Positions 21,182 to 33,467 of a DNA stretch of 43,710 nt are shown one piece after another. Numbering within the stretch: position 1 is the stretch's first letter; each line of letters begins with the position of its first letter. A program made the translations under genes and the position numbers. The stretch is taken from NCBI GenBank assembly GCA_020536535.1, contig JAHLWZ010000769.1, positions 1-43,710 of the forward strand, given 5' to 3'. Under the pieces are notes generated by a model. That model worked only from the letters and a program-made list of their open reading frames with translations. It was not told the DNA's origin and searched no databases. The DNA comes from Pelomyxa schiedti. Lineage: Eukaryota; Protista; Evosea.

Positions 21182-24100
21182 TCAATAATAGTGTTGCGTC
21201 TTTCCCAAAAATATCCTAAATGATGAGTTAGAGGACAAAAACACAACAAAGCATACCCGTGAAATTTTTTCCAGAGCGGAAGTGTTTGTTTTTGCCGGTC
21301 TTTGGAAAGAATATTAGAGGAAACAGAAGGCAGTTAGTTCACGAAGGGACACACGTTGGGCTCTTATTTGGGGGCTCGAGGCTTAAACTTAAATCGAAAG
21401 ATTCATCTGCTGTGAGAACCGGGGAGTTGTTCATGTAGTTTTGAATTCTTTCCACGGCTTCAAAAGTGTATCCGTTTAGTTGCCATAATTGAAGTGACCT
21501 AGATTAGATGAAAAACGAAAAACAAAAAACAAAAAGAAGGAACTAGGGTAGTTTACTTGACAATTCCCGAGGTGTGTCGGTACTTGGCAAAATTGATAAG
21601 CGGAGTACCAGCAATGAGGTCAGGGTTACCATCATTGGCAAACGTGAGATCTGTGAGAATCATCCCTAGGTATTGTAAATTCTTAATTAGGAATTGTGGA
21701 AATTGAATTGTACCGAGATAAGGAATGCAAGGCGCAACTGCTACTTTAACAGCCTCTCGATATAGCTGAAAATTTCCTTTTGCATCTAAAAATTCGCAGT
21801 ATTTGTCATACAAATCCCAAGTCGTTGGTGGTAGATACTAAATAGATATTTTGAGTAATCTGGAGACCAAGTAGGCTACTTACAGTCCATGACTGTTTCA
21901 GTCTGTGGACAGCAGAGTTCTGCAGTGCAGAAACAATTTCCATGAGTCCGTTGAAATTTCTCATTCTGAAGCACGCCTAGAGAAGAAAGTCAATAAGGGA
22001 ACTACCCAAGAATGTAAATACATCTGCAGTTAATATCAGTCTGTGAATAACAACAGCACGTTCTTTTTCATGTTTATATCGCACGACTTCAGATATGCAC
22101 CACATGGTACGCTTTTCTTTTGTGAGGAATATGGCTGGGAGTGCGGGTGTACCTTGTTCGATTCCATTATCATATTTGTAATGTTGGGGGCAAGTTTCTC
22201 TTTGAGAAGTTGTTTGTTCCAAGCATTTCGAACAAATTCTAGAAGGGTATTAATGAAGTCATTTTGGGTTGAGCTTCCGTCAAGTACCTCTCGGTCTGAT
22301 TTTGCGCCAGATATTCCACTCAATTAATGTCATTTGCCGAGCAAGTTCTTCAGGGTGAATGTCCATAAGTGAAGTAACATCGGCCTTGAGGATTATCGCT
22401 GGAGGTGGTGTTATTGGTATGATGATGGTATTGACTTTCTAGAATGGGTGAGTAGTGCAGTAACTCAGTACGGATAGCAAACCCGAGCAATTAAAGACAA
22501 AACAACAGTGGCTGCTTTACAGTATTTTGAAAAGATTTCCAGTGTACTCCGTAGCTTTTGCAAGTGTTCAGGATCCTGGAAATCATCAAAGTACAATGTC
22601 GCCCATGTGCGAAGAATGTTTACAACTCTGGAAAACCAAATAAGCTAAATTGTAGCTGAATTTGTGAATACCGCAGACGAACAATAGTTCTTATCTTCGT
22701 ATTAAACTCCTCTGAATCAAAAGTATCTGGCCGACGCATAAAAAATCTTATGACATGAGTGATTTCACGAGGGAATTTCCAGTTACCTAGCCACTAAAAT
22801 ATCAAGAAGTTTGACATCCTCAACATAAGCACTATGTGAAATTAAAAAAGAGTGAACAAAGTCCATATCTTTTTATGAGCATTTTAGAATCAACCAAAAT
22901 TTTTCATTTGTCCTTTCTTACCACTCTCTTCTTGGTGTGTTAAATATTGTACCAGCTTATAAACTGTCCCACCACGAATCATATATTCACGGGATCCTGG
23001 TGCTAACTAAAACCAGTTAGAGTTAGAGATGCCCTTAATTTAATACGTTGGCAGCTGCTTCCAGAGGGATTCTCATCCATCTAACATTGTCTTCCGAGTC
23101 TGGTTCCTCAAACAAGTGATAATCTTCTTGAAATTTCTCATATAAATCCACAGGTGTATACAACTCTTCAGTTATATGCTATATATCTCCGTTAGTGAAC
23201 AACTCACAATGGGAGACAACTTCAACGTGAATTGGTGTGAGGGAAGCACTGTCAGTGCGTGGAGAGACCGGTACAACAGATAGAGATCTTCTGTTCGGGT
23301 ACAACAGTTCAAGTACAGGGGGCCCAGAGGGAGGCTTCTAATCACCAGTCAGGAAACAGGATTAAAAAAAAAGAGGAGACATTTTGTTCAACAGTGTCAA
23401 TGGTTGCCTCATCTGTGCCCAGAAGTCTCATACGCTTTGAGAGTGATGACTTAAGAATAGCATTCAGCGGCAAGTATGCCACCCAATTGAGTGCACTTGC
23501 AAGAGGAAGACCATCCAACGCAATAGCGAAAGCTGTTTTTAGGTGAAAAAAAGTAGGGGACGAGGAAGGTCTACAGAGTTGGGAGGGAGTAACTCTATCA
23601 ATAGGAATCTGAGATCGAGAACCAGAAAAGCTCCATACCAATACGGTAGGGGGATGCAAAAATGGTGCTGAAAAATCTATTGTCATTCTTCTTTGTTGAA
23701 CTTTGAATCTTCCACTCTGGAAAAGAGTTGTACGGGAAGGCAACACCTCAAAAAGGAGTCGCACAACTTCCAGTGGAAGAGGAGATTGGGTGCCAGGAGG
23801 AAGTTCTGGAGCTAAAGTGGAGATATCAAGTTGTGCTGGTGTCTGTATCTGAGTGGCCCCAGTAGAAGTGTTATAACTTAAAGAGATCAGTAAACCATTA
23901 GACATGGAAAAGAAAACATTGCCAGTGCCTCGATTAGCTCTGGGTTATTGGTTTCCGTAGCTTTTGAGAGAGGCGTTTCCCCCTTATTGTTTGGAATATC
24001 TGCTAGTATTAGGGGTTGCCAGTGTTACGCATTTGGAAAGTGGGTCACACTTGGATCAGCTTTGGATTCCAACAATGTTGTTATGAATTCGATTTGAATG

Positions 24101-26053
24101 TTGCTCACACAACAAGCAAACATAAGAGCAGTATCTCCAGTATCCGTTTTGGCGTTCACAGGGCAATGGGAAGATAAAATGGTTCGGAGTAACTAGTTGA
24201 GGTTAGTTTTGAGATAAGCATCAACAAATGCCTTGTAGGCGAGCTCGTCTTCTTGTTTATATGATTTGGCAAGGAGATGCAGAGGAGTCTGTTTTCTGCA
24301 TGTGATTACTGAGATAGTTGCCCCCTTAGAGATTAAGAACTGTGCTATGGAGAAGTATCCTTGATTTATTGCACACCTAATAGTGGTAAACAATAAAAGA
24401 ATGGGTGAAATTACTCACATGATTGGTGTCCAACCTAGTTCGTCCTATTCCAAAATCGTTATTCAATATTCAATTTAAGCACATACATAAGGGGAAATAC
24501 CTTAGATTCAATCTCAGCTTCCCTTTTAAGAAGCCATTTGATCAACTCCAAGTTTCCAGCATATGCTGCTGCATGTAAGAGAGTTTGGCCGTCCGCGGCT
24601 GCACCGTTGATGCCAAGAGTCTACCGCCACATAAGCCATAAGCTCTCATAATTTCTCAATACTAACCTTAGTGCAGTCTTCGAGCTTTTCTAATAAACCC
24701 GGTGATATGTTGTCTCGAGGATGTGCAAGACATAGCCGAATTGCATCTTTAAGAGCAGCGTGTGTTGTGGGAGTTGTATAAGATATCCAGTAAATCACAT
24801 GATTGCCTTCCAGAGCAACGTTGAACCCACTTACTGTTGCAGAAATTTTACTGGAAGAGACTGTGGACATTGCCGGGGATGAAGGAGAGCCAAGAGACCA
24901 AGCACAAACTTTCGGGGGTGAAAGAAATTCACATGAAAAGGCCACTTGTAGCGGTTGTGACTGAGATGCCGTAGATTTGGGCTCTAGGGGTGGTGATGTC
25001 CCAGCAATTTCCGATCTACCACTTTGGAAGTGCACAGCCCTCACAGGAAAATTTACAAAAATCGATTCACATAAAATAGTTGGTACAGTCGCTCCACTCT
25101 CCACTATTGGAAGACTGGATATTGACAGGCTCGAGTGCAATTTGGATCTGTATGAAGGCATTAGGGGCAGATGCAATTGTTAGTCTCAGTTAAAACATAC
25201 AGAGAACTTGTATCAGACTGTGGGAGGGCCATTTGAGGTGCGGAAGCTCTGAGCTCACTATTTAGTTGCTCCTTTTTGTTGTTAAAAAAAAAAGTGCTAT
25301 GGAGTTGTGGGAATTGATTACCAGTTGGCCAATAGAATCAGAACTAGTTGCCAATGCGCGAATATCTCCCACCGAGGCAACTTTGTCAAAATTTACACCC
25401 CGTCTACGCCTGTGGTCGTGCTTGCCAAGTGAACTGTCATCACTGGATGTGAATGCAGGCGGAGATGCAGAGTGAGTATCCCTATGCCCGTGTGAGTGAG
25501 GAAGGCGCTGGAGATGGTCTGCGTCATAGCTCATCTTTCTTCCCATGCGTTCAAGCCGCTGCCCTACATCAGGCTCATGCCGATCGTGCCGGTGATGCCG
25601 GTGTGAGTGGTGTGGGCTCTATAAGCAAAGCAGTAAGTACCCTAGAACACTCATCCCACCGACATTATGAATTTTGTATGTGCTATTTACTAACACACTG
25701 TCTCAGCCATCACAACACACAAAGCTGAGAAATCCATAGCCATGTATATATATATGCATATATAGCAAACAAATACGTATAGTCCCACTTCCACGAACCT
25801 CGCTGCCGTCGGCCGGCGGGGGAGACGGCGGCGGGGGCGACGGCGGCGGCGGGAGCGGGGGCGAGCCCGTGGGCAGGAACGGCGGGGGCGGCGGCGACGG
25901 CGACGCGGCCAGGGGGAACGGCGGGGGCGGAGGCGACGGCTCCGGCGGCGGGGGTGACGGCGTGGCGGCCGGCGGCGGCGTCCGGCTCCCCCGCTCGTCG
26001 AACCTGAGGCTGCTTACGTTGGCACTCGAGGCTGAGCGGCGCAGTGCGTGCAT
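21182..26053 (-). CDS. RasGEF (REM + CDC25) with a Pro-rich N-terminus, ankyrin repeats and two copies of an H-type-lectin/gp53-like domain; multi-exon, 3' end approximate
   Basis: CDC25 motifs APNITNMIMESN, NFNGLMEIVSALQNSAVHRLKQSW, PCIPYLG, LTDLTFANDGNPD, LINFAKYR, SLSLEPP; REM-like VHSFLISHSAYV and VVNILRTWATLYFDDF; ankyrins GQTLLHAAAYAGNLELIKWLL, GWTPIM...CAINQGYFSIAQFLISKGA and GDTALMFA. Confidence 0.88.
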
Positions 26054-26540
26054 CTTGTTGTGGTGGTGTTGTTGTTGTTGTTGCGTCGCTGGCTGTTTCA
26101 CTGGCGTTTGCTGGTTGTGTGTTTGTATGTTTGTTTGTTTTACTGGCTGGCTTCTGGCCCTCTGGTGGGTCCCACTGGTTTAGACGAATGGAACTCGCTG
26201 GTACAGTTTGGAACTCAACTTCAACGACTTGTTTTTTTTTTGTTTTTTCCGTGCTTTTTTGGTGCCTACTGAGCCTTGATATTTTTCATCACGTGCCTCT
26301 TCGTGTAAGTGCAAAACCGTAAGCGCAGTAGAAACAGCCCATAATTGTGTGGCCGAGTTCTCTGTACAACCCGGCACGGAACAAAGGTACAGTGCGCTTG
26401 TTGGTGTGGAGAAAACAAAAGAAAACTGTGCATGGGGTTTATTTTGGGTGCTAGTATTTATGATACATAAGGGGTGGAAAAATGGAACGGGAGAAAAGTC
26501 ACCCCTCCTCCCTTGGGTTAGTGGTGGCAAAAATGAAATA

Positions 26541-29500
26541 TCACCCTCCTCGCGGTTCACATTCCAGAGAGAGTTGGTTTAGCTTGTTTGTTTGTTGCGT
26601 TAGAGATGTTTTGTTTCTTGGGAACATTGTGTACCTGATCGTCTGGTGTTGCCACTAAATTCTTGAAAAATATTTTGAAGACTGGTAGGGCCTTGAACTG
26701 ATACTGTACATCCTTAACTCGCAGTAATGCCTTGAAGGCATCGCAAAGCATTTCTAGCTTCTCATAGTTTACAATATCAGCCTCTTTCATAGTAGAATTG
26801 CCATCTTTTTACAACAACTAAATTTGTAACGTAATTTTCTCAAAGAGGTACCTTCAATGAAAACGAGGTCTCTTAGCCACAAGGCTGTGAAAGCTAAGAA
26901 GAAGGCAAAGAGTATCAAAACAACCTGCATAAGGCAAAAAAGGAGTTTCTGGGGGCACAGATGCAATTTGCTCACGCAGTAATAAGTAATTCTTTTCCCC
27001 AATGGCAAGTGATTTCAATTCGTCAAGCAAAGCGTTCTCATTTCTTGATATAAGCTGCAGAAAAAATTAGCTTGGCATGGTGCAAAGGCTAGTCACCTCC
27101 CAAGTTTTCTTTAGTCTATCAACAAATCTCAGCTGTAAACCAAGTGTGATCTCAACCATGGCGTTCCAATTTCGAAATTCTCTACACCTCTACATATTTC
27201 TTAAGTACTTGCCATGCACTTGAACCATTACTTGTGCAATCTCCAAGAAATGGGTAATAATAGCTTTCCTGTGTTTTACATCTCTTTTGGACTTGACAAT
27301 TTCTGTTTCATTTTATTTGGCATTTTATTTGATAGTGACACACCACTAGCAACCCAGTTAGAAATCTTATTTGAGTTTTCTATATATGCAGTCAAATGGG
27401 GTGCTAATCTTCTGCGCTTCTCTTTATTTTCCCATTTCTGAGACAGGTTAAAAGTTGTGTGAAATGGTCTTTCATACTTTATCAGATAACTCCATGATTG
27501 ATATCGAGCTAAGAAGCTCGTGTTCAACCAAAGTTAATTGCCTCGCTATTTCAGTGGGGTCAATGTCTGTTACATGAAAATTCTTGTTTTCTCTTATGTT
27601 CTGTATGATGTCATCATTTGGTACTGAGATTCAGGATATAACCTCGATAATATGTTTATCTACTAGAGGATCGGGCCATTGTTCATCCTAGTAATATTAT
27701 GCATCACCAAGAACATTTTCGATAGCTAACCTCAACGGTAAATACGTAAATCTTGGATGGCTTGAAATCAATTACTTTATCTGTGCTCTTTATTATATTT
27801 CTTCTTAGTAAGTCAACTCCAATTGCTGCAGCTTCATCTTCAGGGATTTCGAGCTCATGAGATAGGAGTTCGACCATTTTGCTTGCTTTGACAATCAATG
27901 AAAGAAATATAAGAATGATACCTTTAAATTTCCTCTGCTTCGTGCGACAAATCAGACTTGATTTGATTAGTGTTGCAACTTTCCCGAGGTCAGTTTTCTC
28001 GCGGTGTTGAATTTCCTTCACTTGAAAAAGTAGCCCCCTTTTACCATCTTAGAGGTGCGGTGGAGTAGGTTATGGTACAATTTAGGATTGGCCATTGTGG
28101 AGAGCGGCCGGACTCCAGAGCGCCTCGCAAAACCTCTTTCTGGACGATCCAGAGTACAGCTTTCAGACTGTTCACAAAGCACAACATTTAGAATAAAATG
28201 ATGAAGAATAATCATACCGCAAAAGAACTCATATTTTTAAAGGATGGGTCTCCAGCAGAAAGTAGTACTAAAGAATCTTCTTTTGCCTTGCTGTCCATTA
28301 GAACATATGCTAAATCAATGGAAGTACACACTAATGACTCTAATAACGGAATCTGAAGGAAACCTTTGAGGAGGTCCCCATATTTGTTATGCTGCTGTAG
28401 CATTTTGTGAACCAAGAAGTTCACCATCATATTACTAACTTCTGCACTAGTTTTGTTGCTAATGTCTCTGGCATGTTGTGCCCATACCACTAGCACCTCA
28501 ATTACCCTTCATGCATACTGTAACAAGGCAGAAGAAGTTGAGAGATTACCTTGTTCGCACATTAAACTGGTCGTAGAGTGATGATACACTGGCAGTCTGA
28601 GGGTCATCATATCTAACAAGTAATAAGATTAAAGACGCCATAAGGGGAGATAGACTTCTGTATAAGAGACTCCACAAACTGCTCTGTTGGCATGAAGTAA
28701 TGATGGGTAAGCACGATAGTGAGACAAAAATTGCTGCCTATCATAGTGTTAAAGAAAGGCTGGGAAATCAAGGGGAAAAAAAAGGTTACGTGGTTCAAAG
28801 TACAAAAGGGTATTCAGTAGAGTGTCTGCATTTCCACCAATTATTTTCCCTTGATTTCTAACATTCTTTGAGAATAGCCTTAAAAAAAAAGTAAACACAC
28901 GTTATAATTCCCAGTGGAAGCTGTGCTGGTAAAGAAGTTGGAGGAGGTGCAGGGGGTAAAATATTAGGTGATGATGTAGAAGTTGAAGAGTATAGTTGGA
29001 ATGACCCAGGAAGTGAAGTTGGTGCTGTTGATGTGATTGATGACACAGAAGGCGACAAGATTGGGGCAGAAGATGCCTTGGATAATTCAGTAATCTCGGA
29101 ACTCACAGGTGAGGCTCTAATTCTGGGTGATATGATTTTCCTGAAATGCGATGTGAATAAATCGTTACTACCTTTGAGTTGACATACCCACTAAAAGAAG
29201 GAGAAAGGGGCTTTAATTCATTTGACGCACTCAGTTCATCTGTGGGGTGAGCATCCAACATAATTTTTTTTTCAGGGGTTTCCTCCAAAACAACATCAGG
29301 TGAACTGGATGCGCTTGTGCAAATTGACAACGAGGGGCTTGAACATGTGGGTATTGTCCCCCGACGTGTGTTTTTGCCCAGTAACCTTGAAATGCGCGCA
29401 AAGGAAGATGAAGAGCGACCATTTGAAAGGGGAGCTGGGGGAGTGGGAGCGGGGGCGGGAGCAGCAGCTGGCGGTATGACGGCAGGAGGGGAGCTGACTC

Positions 29501-30356
29501 TTGGGGGTGTTGTTGAACGCACAGTTGGGGACGACGGGGGTGTGATAACAGAGGGGGAAGGCGCCATTGTGGGCGTTGGAGTTAGAGTGGGTGACGGGAT
29601 TGTGGAGGACGATGAAGAGCCATCATGGTCACTGGACAGGTCAGACGAGGCACGCTGAGATTCTTGCTCAGGAGGCACCTTTGGTTCTTGTGGCACTGGC
29701 ACAGGCGGTTGAGGGGGCTGGGGCTGCACAACAACAGGTGATTTTTCGACAAAAGTTACAAGAGTGCTCTTGTGTCTCCTGTGAGTGTGCGCGCGCTCAG
29801 GCCTGCCCTCCTGCGCATCGTCAATCGCAGGGGAATTCGAACTCGGGTGTTCCAAGTTGTGAGCCAATACAGGTTTGACACCAGGCACTCCCGAAGTGAC
29901 AACAGCCACAGAGCTATCAATTACAGCCGCAGTTGCATTTGCACTCGCAGTCGCAGGCACGGCAGTTTCAGCAGTGCCCGTGCCCGTGCCAGAGACGGTG
30001 CCGTGGCCGTGGTCGGCCTGGGCACTGCACATTGAGCGAACAAACACCGTGGTGGTCGCGTCGGGCACGCGCCCGCGGGGCTCGCCGTCGCCGTCGCCCT
30101 CGGGGCCGCTGGGGGGCGAGGGGTCGCCGCTGGCGCTGCGGGACCGGCGCTCCCCGCGGTGGCGGTGCCGGTGCGACGAGTGGCGCATGGTGTGCTGCTG
30201 CTGCTGCTGTTGCGGCGACGCGTCGAGCTCGTCCGAGAGGGAGGACGACGCGGCCCCGGAGCGGCGCGCGGACGACGAGGACGAGGAGGCAGACGATGCG
30301 GGATTCGCGCCCGAGGGGGGGTCGTCCGCTGACGTGTAGAGTAGTATCGACGTCAT
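26541..30356 (-). CDS. RasGEF (REM + DEP + CDC25) with a long low-complexity N-terminus; multi-exon, start codon uncertain
   Basis: REM-like FCLTIVLTHHYFMPTEQFVESL; DEP-like ICRTKQRKF...ASKMVELLS...EDEAAAIGVDLLRRNII...FKPSKIYVFT; CDC25 IDPTEIARQL, APHLTAYIENSNKISNWVAS, LRDLVFIEG, VNYEKLEML; end LNQLSLECEPRGG* at 26541. Confidence 0.85.
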
Positions 30357-30627
30357 CGCACTTACTTGCAAACGGGTGTGAACGACACGCGCCCAGATCT
30401 CGCTGCCGGTGCCAAAACGAAGCGGAATAAAGAGAAAAGATTTTCCGTAACCAACGGAACGGAATTCGCCCCAATCAGACCAGTTTGGCTGATCGCCACT
30501 GCTCACAGTCACCCATCCTTGCGCCACCTCTCGATGCAAGTACTGTTTTGAAGGGTCATCGATTACAAACAACCGGACCGAGTGCAGCCCTATTAGATTT
30601 CGTTTATTAAGTGGCAATTGCATTTCC

Positions 30628-30874
30628 ATGTCGACGACAACCCCGGTGCCCAGTTCCAAGGCGGGGACTCGTAAGTCGCCTCCCAAAACCACTCTCCCAA
30701 AGAAAACTCCAGCCCCCAACTTGAAAGCCAATACTCCCCTGGCCAAAAGGCCCAGGACCACACAGGCAAAGCCAAAAGCAAACCAGCAACAACAAGAGCA
30801 AGAGCAAGAGCAAGAGCAAGAGCAAGAGCAAGAGCAAGAGCAAGAGCAAGAGCAAGAGCAAGAGCAAGAGCAAG

Positions 30875-30917
<43 letters not shown>

Positions 30918-33433
30918 AAACAAACCAAATGCACCCGCCACAGAAACAACAAGAGTTGTTGTAAAAAGAAAATCACTACAGAGGGAAAGAAGAAAAGCAG
31001 GAAAAGCTGCTGCCGCCGCCGCCGCCGCCGCCGCAGTAGCAGCAGCAGAACCAGAAGTCAACGATGCACCCCCGACTGCTTCCTCAACAGTTACTCCGGA
31101 GGAGTCTATAGCTGGCAAAAAGCGGCCACCAAAGAACCCACGCGTGGTTGAGCGACCGAGCCCTGCCAAGCAAACCAGGGTGCAGTCATCCCATGATGAT
31201 GATGATCATGCTGCAACTCCGACGGGGGCTGCCGCAGTTGCAAAGGAAACTCCTCTGCCACTGCTAACAACTGACGGGGAGGCATCGCCAGACCAACAGG
31301 AAGGGGAGAAAACCCAAGAAGAAGTAGACGCAACCGAGCTTACATGGGACAAACCGATTGGCGAAGCTGCTGGCGATGGCGATGGCGATGGCGATGTAGC
31401 CGCAAATAACAGTGACCAATCGGCTGACGACAGTGGGTTCATCAGCCTAGCTAAATATGGTGATGACGTAGAGAAGAAACCCAATGAACGGAAAGCGATG
31501 TCATCCGAGGAAAGAATTCTTGTGGACACTGCCATTGGTGAACTTAAAAAAGTGCTTGGGGGGCGACAGGTCATAAAAAACGTCGTGGCAGAGTCTGCCC
31601 TCAAGGTTTTCCGTTTTGTTTCCCCTTGTGAATTCTAAGAAAATTCAGAAACTAAGTAGCGAGTGCAAAGCTCTCCTTGCACAGACGTTGTGGGATGAGG
31701 TTCTCCAGCATGATAGAACACTCCGATGGACTATGATCTTACCAGCTTTAATAAAGCACGATGTCTTCCCTTTGAACATGTTTTGTGATTACCTGGACCT
31801 CGGCCTCAAAGTTGCAGTTACGGACAATGTTTTTCATGTCAATGTTCTCAACCACTACAGACAAAAACAGCACTCTTCTCCTTTATTCGGAAGCCTGTTA
31901 TACTTCCCCTCATCTCTAAGCATCCTCTTCAAGCAGTGAAATTTGTGAAGGTTCTATGTAAGAACCGAACATTGTTGTACGGAAGAGAGGGGCAAATTGA
32001 GGTTCTTCTTTCCATTTCCTGAAAGGTCTAATCGGTGATTCTAGCAAGCATTGACCATGCCTGTCCATTGGCTCATCAATCTAGACAACGTAGAATACTT
32101 GGAAATGATGACCCCTCCATCATTTTCGTACCAAAAGCCTCAAATGCGGGATTCCCGTTAATTTTTTTCCAATAGGTTTGATGAGGCCGCGTATTCCTCC
32201 TTAGTAAGGCAGCACTGGAGTGTACTGTACATGAATGACAGTGAGAAAAAGGCGCGGGAATCCTTCATACAGGCAAAAGAAAAAAGGTAGTATATTTGGT
32301 TTTCGTGATCGCCATACTCCTTACACTCAACCATGCAAGGTTGAGCTGCGTTGAAAAGGGGGCCCGCCTTCTAACACAAGGATCGTTTTTATATGGTGCT
32401 TGCTCCAACGATGATGACTTGGATCTCGTCCTTCTGCTACCGCGTGTCCAGCAGCCTTCAAGCTCTTTCATGAAGGGGATCAACAAAACAGTCTTTAACC
32501 ATAGCGGAGTGTACATTCACGCAAAAGTGCCTATCCTTAAGAAGGTTCGTGGTTCCGAGCACTTCTCCTGGGATCTTACAGTGAACCGCACCCTCGGTGT
32601 CTTCAACTCCTCACTATTGCAAGGTTCCCTTCAAACTTCACAACAGTTGGCTAATATGCCCTTTTTAAAAAAAAACAAATAAAGAATATGGCAGAGTGTA
32701 CCATGACTTTCGTCCCCTTCTCTTCATTCTTAAACACTGGGCAAAAACTGTTGGAGTCATACAACAAACTTGGCTCAACTCATTCACTTTCGCCTGCCTC
32801 TTTGTATTTTTCCTTCAGCAAAAGAAAATTCTCCCAAACCTACAAGTTAAGGAACCCCTCATATACCCATTATAACCTTCACTTCAGGATGTCAAAGTCC
32901 ATACCAAGTTTGTTACCTGCCAAACTGCTGCCGAGCAACCCGATCTTAAGTGCTCCTGGATTAAAGCAGCCGCATTTTCGGTAGAATATAATCACTGCCG
33001 CCTTCAGCTTCGCACTAAAAGAAACCTTTAGACCGCGGTATTTCCTACAATACCGGTCGGGTTCCTATTGAAGGAATTCTTTGCATTCTATGGCTGGTTT
33101 GACTTTGGAAAACAAACAATCAATATAAGAGCTGCGGTACCAACTCCCAAGGTTTGAGATTCGTTGAACCCCCACCAAACTTGTAGCTAATAAAAACACA
33201 ATTCCCCCTTTCTTCCGCTATCTCTACAACAGCTCAGCACCGACCCACTTTTTGTCCCAGACCCTTTTGAGGTTCCACTCCGAAACCTCACTGCCCGCCT
33301 GGACATGGCAAAAACAATGTCCCTCACAGCTATATTCCGGCAAACCTACTGCTCGTTAAAAGACCCTCACAACACCCTATTTAGCCTTCTTCCCCCCACA
33401 AACACCAAGCTTCCACCACCTGAAAAAAAATAA
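30628..33433 (+). CDS. Cid1/TUTase-like non-canonical poly(A)/poly(U) nucleotidyltransferase with a low-complexity N-terminus, multi-exon
   Basis: GSFLYGACSNDDDLDLVL (GS-x-DxD); IHAKVPILK; WDLTVNRTLGVFNSSLL; FRPLLFILKHWAK...LNSFTFACLFVFFLQ...ILPNLQ; LLKEFFAFYG.FDF; VPDPFE...NLT. Confidence 0.85.
30793..30918 (+). repeat. Coding hexamer microsatellite, (CAAGAG) x~14 then (CAACAG)n, encoding (QE)n and poly-Q
   Basis: Directly visible tandem repeat inside the first exon. Confidence 0.95.
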
Positions 33434-33467
33434 GAGTGTGACGAAACTTTTCTTTTTCAACACTGAT

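Noticed and set aside
30793-30918. CRISPR-like or other spaced repeat array
   Set aside because: Simple hexamer microsatellite without spacers. No CRISPR array, tRNA or rRNA was recognised anywhere in the window.
30630-31169. Poly-Cys/(CS)n and poly-Leu ORFs (N-terminal part of the 688-aa minus ORF; 30607-30918)
   Set aside because: Antisense readings of the (CAAGAG)n/(CAACAG)n repeat in the + strand nucleotidyltransferase exon.
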